Virus record (IMG/VR): IMGVR_UViG_2698536571_000003 | Strand: one strand, 5' to 3' | Length of the DNA: 4,815 nucleotides | Source: a virus | Taxonomy: Duplodnaviria; Heunggongvirae; Uroviricota; Caudoviricetes | In this document: in pieces, positions 1 through 4,815 of the stretch | How positions within the stretch are numbered: position 1 is the first letter of the stretch | Layout of the letters: every line of letters starts with the position of its first letter | The notes under the pieces: model-generated | Databases searched by the model: none | What the model was told of the DNA's origin: nothing | Seen by the model: only the letters and a program-made list of their open reading frames with translations | Translations under genes and position numbers: made by a program

Positions 1-279
1 CTCCTGAATAAAGACCTTGCCACTGTCGCCAGACAAATTAACCCGTACATCAAAGTCGATATACCGGAAACAACGCGCGGCGCTCTTTACTCGTTCGTTT
101 ACAACGTGGGCGCTGGCAATTTCAGAACATCGACGCTTCTTCGCAAAATAAACCAGGGCTATATCAAAGGCGCATGTGACCAGCTATGTCGCTGGACATA
201 TGCTGGCGGTAAGCAATGGAAAGGGCTGATGACCCGTCGTGAGATTGAGCGTGAAGTCTGTTTGTGGGGGCAGCAATGA
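1..279 (+). CDS. R: Endolysin, GH24 T4/P21-type lysozyme (RrrD-like); C-terminal 92 codons only, 5' end lies outside the window
   Basis: Frame 1 is open from base 1 to TGA 277-279. Translation ...[90 protein letters not shown] matches, from memory, the C-terminus of P21 R / E. coli DLP12 RrrD-type lysozymes. Stop overlaps the Rz start (ATGA at 276-279). Confidence 0.85.
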   Translation, partial: LLNKDLATVARQINPYIKVDIPETTRGALYSFVYNVGAGNFRTSTLLRKINQGYIKGACDQLCRWTYAGGKQWKGLMTRREIEREVCLWGQQ

Positions 280-740
280 GCAGAGTCACCGCGATTATCT
301 CCGCTCTGGTTATCTGCATCATCGTCTGCCTGTCATGGGCTGTTAATCATTACCGTGATAACGCCATTACCTACAAAGAGCAGCGCGACAAAAACGCAAG
401 AGAACTGAAGCTGGCGAACGCAACCATTACTGACATGCAGCAGAGACAGCGTGATGTTAATGCACTCGATGCTAAATACACGAAGGAGTTAGCTGATGCG
501 AAAGCTGAAAATGAAACTCTGCGCGCTGATGTTGCCGCTGGTCGTCGTCGGTTGCACATCAAAGCAGTCTGTCAGTCAGTGCGTGAAGCCACCACCGCCT
601 CCGGCGTGGATAATGCAACCAGCCCCCGACTGGCAGACACCGCTGAACGGGATTATTTCACCCTCAGAGAGCGGCTGATGACGATGCAGATGCAACTGGA
701 AGGGGCACAGGAGTATATCCGCACTCAGTGCATTAAGTAG
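276..740 (+). CDS. Rz: Rz i-spanin (inner-membrane spanin subunit), 154 aa
   Basis: ATG 276 to TAG 738-740. N-terminal signal-anchor helix ([18 protein letters not shown]) followed by a charged, coiled-coil-like periplasmic domain; near-identical from memory to lambda/DLP12 Rz ([34 protein letters not shown]...). The ORF track starts at GTG 264, but ATG 276 reproduces the canonical MSRV N-terminus. Confidence 0.92.
   Translation: MSRVTAIISALVICIIVCLSWAVNHYRDNAITYKEQRDKNARELKLANATITDMQQRQRDVNALDAKYTKELADAKAENETLRADVAAGRRRLHIKAVCQSVREATTASGVDNATSPRLADTAERDYFTLRERLMTMQMQLEGAQEYIRTQCIK
483..488 (+). promoter_or_regulatory. Shine-Dalgarno (AAGGAG) for Rz1, located inside the Rz coding sequence
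   Basis: AAGGAG lies 7 nt upstream of ATG 496. Confidence 0.7.
496..678 (+). CDS. Rz1: Rz1 o-spanin (outer-membrane lipoprotein), 60 aa, nested in the +1 frame of Rz
   Basis: ATG 496 preceded by AAGGAG (483-488) at 7-nt spacing. Lipobox LVVVGC with Cys20, a proline run (PPPPP) and the conserved [10 protein letters not shown] tail; matches lambda Rz1 from memory. Confidence 0.9.
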   Translation: MRKLKMKLCALMLPLVVVGCTSKQSVSQCVKPPPPPAWIMQPAPDWQTPLNGIISPSESG

Positions 741-782
741 CCTTTTTATCGTGGTAAACATTTCGCAGGGTATGAGGTATTT

Positions 783-1133
783 ATGCCATCACTAATCCCA
801 CGTGCCTGCCGTAAGCGTGGATGTGCAGGTACAACCACAGACAGTTCGGGTTACTGCGATAAACATCGCGGTGAAGGCTGGGTGCAGCACCAGCGCGGAC
901 TGAGCCGCCACCAGCGTGGCTATGGCTCAAAATGGACGGTGATTCGTGCCCGTATTCTGAAGCGCGATAAAGGTCTGTGTCAGTTGTGTCTGCGTGTCGG
1001 TGTGGTGAGCGAGGCGAAAACCGTCGACCACATCATCCCGAAAGCGCATGGCGGAACAGACGCAGACAGCAACCTGCAGAGTCTGTGCTGGCCCTGCCAT
1101 AAAGCGAAAACAGCGCGCGAACGAATCCGGTGA
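783..1133 (+). CDS. HNH endonuclease, phage packaging-associated (HK97 gp74-like), 116 aa
   Basis: ATG 783 with GAGGT at 774-778. Cys-rich zinc-binding N-terminus (CRKRGCAGTTTDSSGYCDKH) and an HNH core (DHIIPKAHGG...NLQSLCWPCHKAKT). Sits directly upstream of the terminase genes, the usual arrangement for this family. Confidence 0.9.
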   Translation: MPSLIPRACRKRGCAGTTTDSSGYCDKHRGEGWVQHQRGLSRHQRGYGSKWTVIRARILKRDKGLCQLCLRVGVVSEAKTVDHIIPKAHGGTDADSNLQSLCWPCHKAKTARERIR

Positions 1134-1191
1134 TAATTATTCTCACTTGTAGGGAGGGGCGGGGCAAATCCCTGTGACCTGACGTCTTCCG
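1134..1191 (+). other. Candidate cos / terminase recognition region (left flank only; remainder is in the N-run)
   Basis: Non-coding G-rich stretch (GGGAGGGGCGGGGCAAATCCCTGTGACCTGACG) between the HNH stop and the terminase small subunit, where HK97-like phages carry cos. Loosely resembles the lambda cosN left end (GGGCGG...GACCT) from memory. Positional inference only. Confidence 0.3.
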
Positions 1192-1365
1192 NNNNNNNNN
1201 NNNNNNNNNNNNNNNNNNNNNNNNNNNNNNNNNNNNNNNNNNNNNNNNNNNNNNNNNNNNNNNNNNNNNNNNNNNNNNNNNNNNNNNNNNNNNNNNNNNN
1301 NNNNNNNNNNNNNNNNNNNNNNNNNNNNNNNNNNNNNNNNNNNNNNNNNNNNNNNNNNNNNNNNN
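1192..1365. other. Run of 174 N (assembly gap or masked sequence)
   Basis: Unbroken n characters from 1192 to 1365. Confidence 1.
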
Positions 1366-1366
1366 G

Positions 1367-1681
1367 CAACTGACAACCAAAGAACTCTGCGGTCAGGGCC
1401 TGCTGTGCGTGACTGACCTGGCGGTACTTGAGCGGTGGTGCGTGGCCTATGAGTTCTGGCGACGTGCCGTGAAAAATATTGCCATACAGGGCAACACCAT
1501 CACCGGTGCAATGGGCGGCAGGGTCAAAAATCCGGAGCTGACCGCCAAAAAAGAACAGGAGTCCGAGATGAGCAGCACGGGGGCAATGCTCGGACTCGAC
1601 CCCAGCAGCCGCCAGCGTCTGATTGGCCTGGCGGGGCAGAAGAAAGCCACTAACCCGTTTCTGAAAATTATCGAATCATGA
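1367..1681 (+). CDS. terS: Terminase small subunit (P27/HK97 gp1-like), C-terminal 104 codons; 5' end lost in the N-run
   Basis: The frame is open from the first base after the gap to TGA 1679-1681 (...[35 protein letters not shown]...[13 protein letters not shown]). Stop overlaps the large-subunit start (ATGA at 1678-1681). Identity rests on position and coupling to the large subunit; the GTG at 1409 in the ORF track is an internal codon. Confidence 0.75.
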   Translation, partial: QLTTKELCGQGLLCVTDLAVLERWCVAYEFWRRAVKNIAIQGNTITGAMGGRVKNPELTAKKEQESEMSSTGAMLGLDPSSRQRLIGLAGQKKATNPFLKIIES

Positions 1682-3411
1682 GCCGGAAATCTTACCCCAA
1701 CGTAAATGCTGCAAATCAGTATGCCCGGGATGTCGTGCGCGGAAAGATTGTTGCCTGCCAGTTTGTGATTCAGGCCTGCCAGCGCCATCTTGATGACCTG
1801 ATGGCGGAAAAAAGTAAGTCGTTTCGTTACCGCTTCGACAAGGACCTGGCTGAACGGGCCGCGAAATTTATTCAGCTGTTGCCGCACACCAAGGGGGAGT
1901 GGGCATTCAAACGGATGCCCATCACGCTGGAGCCGTGGCAGCTATTTGTGATCTGCTGTGCGTTTGGCTGGGTCAATAAAGGCACCCGGTTGCGCCGCTT
2001 CCGGGAGGTGTACACCGAAATCCCCCGTAAGAACGGCAAATCAGCAATCTCTGCCGGTGTTGCCCTGTATTGTTTTGCCTGTGATAACGAGTTTGGCGCG
2101 GAAGTGTATTCCGGTGCCACGACAGAGAAACAGGCGTGGGAAGTCTTTCGCCCGGCGCGACTGATGTGTAAACGCACACCCATGCTGACGGAAGCGTTCG
2201 GGATTGAGGTTAACGCCTCAAACATGAACCGTCCGGAGGATGGCGCGCGGTTTGAACCGCTGATCGGCAACCCAGGTGATGGTTCATCACCCCACTGTGC
2301 CGTGGTTGATGAATATCACGAGCATGCCACCGATGCGCTTTATACCACAATGCTTACCGGGATGGGGGCGCGACGTCAGCCACTGATGTGGGCCATCACC
2401 ACCGCCGGGTACAACATTGAGGGGCCGTGCTACGACAAGCGGCGGGAAGTCATCGAGATGCTCAACGGCTCGGTGCCTAACGATGAACTGTTCGGGATCA
2501 TCTATACCGTTGATGAAGGTGACGACTGGACCGGCCCGCAGGTGCTGGAAAAAGCCAATCCAAATATTGGCGTGTCGGTTTATCGCGAATTTTTGTTAAG
2601 TCAGCAGCAGCGTGCGAAAAATAACGCCCGTCTGGCAAACGTCTTTAAAACAAAACACCTCAATATCTGGGTGTCGGCGCGTTCGGCGTATTTCAACTTG
2701 GTGAGCTGGCAGAGCTGCGAGGATAAATCACTGACCCTTGAGCAGTTCGAGGGGCAGCCGTGCATTCTGGCCTTTGACCTGGCGCGTAAGCTGGATATGA
2801 ACAGCATGGCGCGACTTTATACCCGCGAGATTGACGGTAAAACGCATTACTACAGTGTGGCCCCGCGTTTCTGGGTACCGTATGACACGGTGTACAGCGT
2901 CGAGAAAAATGAAGATCGACGGACAGCCGAACGCTTTCAGAAATGGGTGGAAATGGGCGTTCTGACCGTTACCGATGGTGCGGAGGTGGATTATCGCTAC
3001 ATCCTCGAGGAGGCCAAAGCGGCGAACAAAATCAGCCCGGTCAGTGAGTCACCCATCGACCCCTTCGGGGCGACCGGGTTGTCACATGACCTTGCTGATG
3101 AAGACCTGAATCCCGTCACTATCGTCCAGAACTTCACCAATATGTCCGATCCGATGAAAGAGCTGGAAGCAGCGATTGAATCGGGACGTTTTCATCATGA
3201 CGGCAATCCCATCATGACCTGGTGTATCGGCAACGTGGTCGGCAAAAACATGCCGGGTAACGATGATGTGGTGAAACCCGTCAAAGAGCAGGCGGAAAAC
3301 AAAATCGATGGTGCAGTTGCGCTGATTATGGCGGTTGGCAGAGCCATGCTGTACGAGAAAGAAGACACGCTGTCTGACCACATTGAGTCCTACGGGATCC
3401 GCTCGCTTTAA
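1678..3411 (+). CDS. terL: Terminase large subunit (ATPase/nuclease), 577 aa
   Basis: ATG 1678 to TAA 3409-3411. Walker A-like PRKNGKS (about 2020-2045), Walker B-like CAVVDEYHE (about 2300-2325), and a C-terminal RNase H-like nuclease region with acidic residues ([21 protein letters not shown]). Confidence 0.95.
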   Translation: MSRKSYPNVNAANQYARDVVRGKIVACQFVIQACQRHLDDLMAEKSKSFRYRFDKDLAERAAKFIQLLPHTKGEWAFKRMPITLEPWQLFVICCAFGWVNKGTRLRRFREVYTEIPRKNGKSAISAGVALYCFACDNEFGAEVYSGATTEKQAWEVFRPARLMCKRTPMLTEAFGIEVNASNMNRPEDGARFEPLIGNPGDGSSPHCAVVDEYHEHATDALYTTMLTGMGARRQPLMWAITTAGYNIEGPCYDKRREVIEMLNGSVPNDELFGIIYTVDEGDDWTGPQVLEKANPNIGVSVYREFLLSQQQRAKNNARLANVFKTKHLNIWVSARSAYFNLVSWQSCEDKSLTLEQFEGQPCILAFDLARKLDMNSMARLYTREIDGKTHYYSVAPRFWVPYDTVYSVEKNEDRRTAERFQKWVEMGVLTVTDGAEVDYRYILEEAKAANKISPVSESPIDPFGATGLSHDLADEDLNPVTIVQNFTNMSDPMKELEAAIESGRFHHDGNPIMTWCIGNVVGKNMPGNDDVVKPVKEQAENKIDGAVALIMAVGRAMLYEKEDTLSDHIESYGIRSL

Positions 3412-3413
3412 CT

Positions 3414-3418
3414 GAGGT
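3414..3418 (+). promoter_or_regulatory. Shine-Dalgarno (GAGGT) for the small membrane ORF
   Basis: GAGGT lies 4 nt upstream of ATG 3423 in the 11-nt spacer after the terminase large subunit stop. Confidence 0.6.
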
Positions 3419-3422
3419 AATT

Positions 3423-3605
3423 ATGATCATGCTGATTCTCGCGCCTCTGGTGGGCGTGCTGGGTGCGCTTTTGCTGGCGTATGGTGCCTGGCTGATTTAT
3501 CCCCCGGCGGGTTTTGTTGTTGCCGGGGCGCTGTGCCTGTTCTGGTCGTGGCTGGTGGCGCGATATCTCGACCGTACACGGCAGTCTGTCGGCGGAGGTA
3601 AATAG
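3423..3605 (+). CDS. Small hypothetical membrane protein, 60 aa, two predicted transmembrane helices
   Basis: ATG 3423 with an upstream SD. Two hydrophobic helices ([26 protein letters not shown] / [16 protein letters not shown]) and a basic C-terminus; E. coli-like codon usage (CTG, GCG). Stop TAG 3603-3605 overlaps GTG 3605. No family recognised. Confidence 0.55.
   Translation: MIMLILAPLVGVLGALLLAYGAWLIYPPAGFVVAGALCLFWSWLVARYLDRTRQSVGGGK
3551..3558 (+). other. Chi site (5'-GCTGGTGG-3')
   Basis: Exact octamer on the + strand inside the small membrane ORF; this is the only exact occurrence I found on either strand. Confidence 0.8.
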
Positions 3606-4761
3606 TGTTCTTTTCGGGATTATTTCAACGAAAAAGCGATGTGCCGGTGACCACGCCAGCAGAACTGCTGATGCTATCGGGCTGTCATACGACACCTATA
3701 CCGGAAAGCGGATCAGTAGCCAGCGGGCCATGCGCCTGACGGCGGTCTATTCTTGCGTCAGGGTGCTGGCAGAGTCTGTTGGTATGCTGCCCTGCAGTCT
3801 CTACAAAATCAGCGGTACCCTGAAAACACGGGCGGTGGATGAACGACTGCATAAGTTGGTTTCGGCAAAACCTAATGGCTACATGACACCGCAGGAATTC
3901 TGGGAGCTGGTTATTGTCTGCCTGTGTCTACGGGGGAATTTTTACGCCTACAAGGTAAAGGCACTGGGAGAAGTGGTGGAGCTTCTTCCGATAGATCCGG
4001 GCTGTGTGGAACCGAAGCTGAACAGCCAGTGGCAGCCGGTTTATCAGGTGACGTTTCCGGATGGTTCCGTGGATGTGTTGACCCAGAATGAAATCTGGCA
4101 TGTGCGCACCCTGACGCTGGATGGACTTGTCGGGCTGAATCCCATTGCGTATGCGCGTGAGGCCATTTCACTGGCAGCGGCAACCGAGGAGCACGGTGCC
4201 AGGTTGTTTAGTAATGGTGCGGTGACATCCGGTGTGTTGCGTACGGAACAAAAGCTCACGCCGGATGCTTACGAGCGTCTGAAGAAAGATTTTGAGGAGT
4301 GTCACACGGGGCTTGGCAATGCTCACCGCCCGATGATTCTGGAAATGGGGCTGGACTGGAAGTCGATGGCGCTGAACGCCGAGGACAGTCAGTTCCTGGA
4401 AACCCGCAAGTTTCAGCTGGAAGAAATCTGTCGTCTGTTCCGGGTGCCGTTGCACATGGTGCAGAACACCGATCGCGCCACCTTCAACAATATCGAAGAG
4501 CTGGGGCTGGGATTTATCAACTATTCACTGGTGCCGTATCTGACCCGCATCGAACAGCGGATCAACACCGGACTGGTACGAAAAAGTAAGCAGGGCGTTT
4601 ATTACGCCAAATTTAACGCCGGGGCGTTACTGCGCGGGGATATGAAGTCCCGTTTTGAAGCCTACGCCACCGGGATCAACTGGGGAATTTACTCTTCCAA
4701 TGACTGCCGCGACCTGGAAGATATGAATCCGCGTCCCGGTGGTGTAATGCCGATCAGTTAA
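3605..4761 (+). CDS. Portal protein, HK97 family; 5' end uncertain because of an apparent -1 frame break between 3605 and 3736 (possible pseudogene or assembly indel; alternative start ATG 3730)
   Basis: Stop TAA 4759-4761 is firm. The portal-like frame carries motifs typical of HK97-family portals (RLTAVYSCVRVLAESVGMLP, WHVRTLTLDGLVGLNPIAYAREAISLAAATEEHGARLFSNGA, LEEICRLFRVPLHMV). That frame has no ATG/GTG/TTG with an SD between TTG 3520 and ATG 3730, whereas GTG 3605, preceded by GGAGG (3594-3598), opens a different frame that runs 44 codons to TGA 3737. Confidence 0.85.
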
Positions 4762-4815
4762 GGATCAGTTGACCGATCCAGTGGCTGTGTAAGAATCCGG
4801 AAACGCTCACTTGTT

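Noticed and set aside
371-761. Minus-strand ORFs 371-562 and 576-761 within Rz/Rz1
   Set aside because: The region is already doubly coding on the + strand with a strong match to lambda Rz/Rz1; the antisense ORFs have no start signals.
741-782. Possible promoter or terminator in the Rz-to-HNH spacer
   Set aside because: No convincing -35/-10 pair or hairpin plus T-tract; lambdoid late genes are normally read through from a distant late promoter.
980-1380. Three minus-strand ORFs (980-1369, 1033-1380, 1143-1376) whose translations are mostly X
   Set aside because: They exist only because the N-run contains no stop codons; the non-X parts are antisense to the HNH gene and terminase small subunit and have no protein-like features.
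1447-1887. 146-aa minus-strand ORF overlapping the terminase small/large subunit junction
   Set aside because: Antisense shadow of two strongly supported + strand genes; no SD and no recognisable motif.
1872-3383. Several minus-strand and alternative-frame ORFs inside the terminase large subunit gene (1872-2270, 1958-2164, 1973-2179, 2417-2599, 2601-2807, 3082-3381, 3195-3383)
   Set aside because: All lie inside a 577-aa gene with clear ATPase and nuclease motifs; they are short or low-complexity and typical of shadow ORFs in GC-rich coding DNA.
3514-3604. Extension of the portal ORF to TTG 3514, as drawn in the ORF track
   Set aside because: The start is a TTG without an SD, would overlap the small membrane ORF by 92 nt in another frame, and encodes a Cys/Arg/Trp-rich peptide ([17 protein letters not shown]) that looks like out-of-frame translation. 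The SD-preceded GTG at 3605 in the other frame is more convincing.
3408-3695. 95-aa minus-strand ORF antisense to the small membrane ORF and the portal start
   Set aside because: Highly basic, Arg/Gln-rich low-complexity translation with no start context; the + strand genes explain the region better.
3911-4589. Alternative-frame ORFs inside the portal gene (3911-4183, 4044-4259, 4168-4455 on the minus strand; 4299-4589 on the plus strand)
   Set aside because: Shadow ORFs within a gene carrying conserved portal motifs.
4762-4779. GGATC...GATCC inverted repeat as a possible terminator after the portal gene
   Set aside because: Only a 5-bp stem with an 8-nt loop and no following T-run; the next late gene is expected to be co-transcribed, so an intrinsic terminator here is unlikely.

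Overview
This window is the lysis-to-packaging junction of a lambdoid enterobacterial prophage, with every credible gene on the + strand. In order: the 3' end of a GH24 (P21/RrrD-type) endolysin (1-279), the Rz i-spanin (276-740) with Rz1 nested in its +1 frame (496-678), an HNH endonuclease (783-1133), a 174-nt N-run (1192-1365) that hides the presumed cos region and the 5' end of the terminase small subunit, the small subunit's 3' part (1367-1681), the terminase large subunit (1678-3411), a small two-helix membrane ORF (3423-3605), and an HK97-family portal gene ending at 4761. All calls rest on reading the translations and on recalled family features; no database search was run. I find no evidence of a novel or undescribed system: the content is a conventional, tightly packed, translationally coupled late operon. 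The points worth a second look are an apparent reading-frame break at the 5' end of the portal gene, the N-run, the uncharacterised small membrane ORF, a Chi site, and a cluster of three GATC sites at the portal stop.
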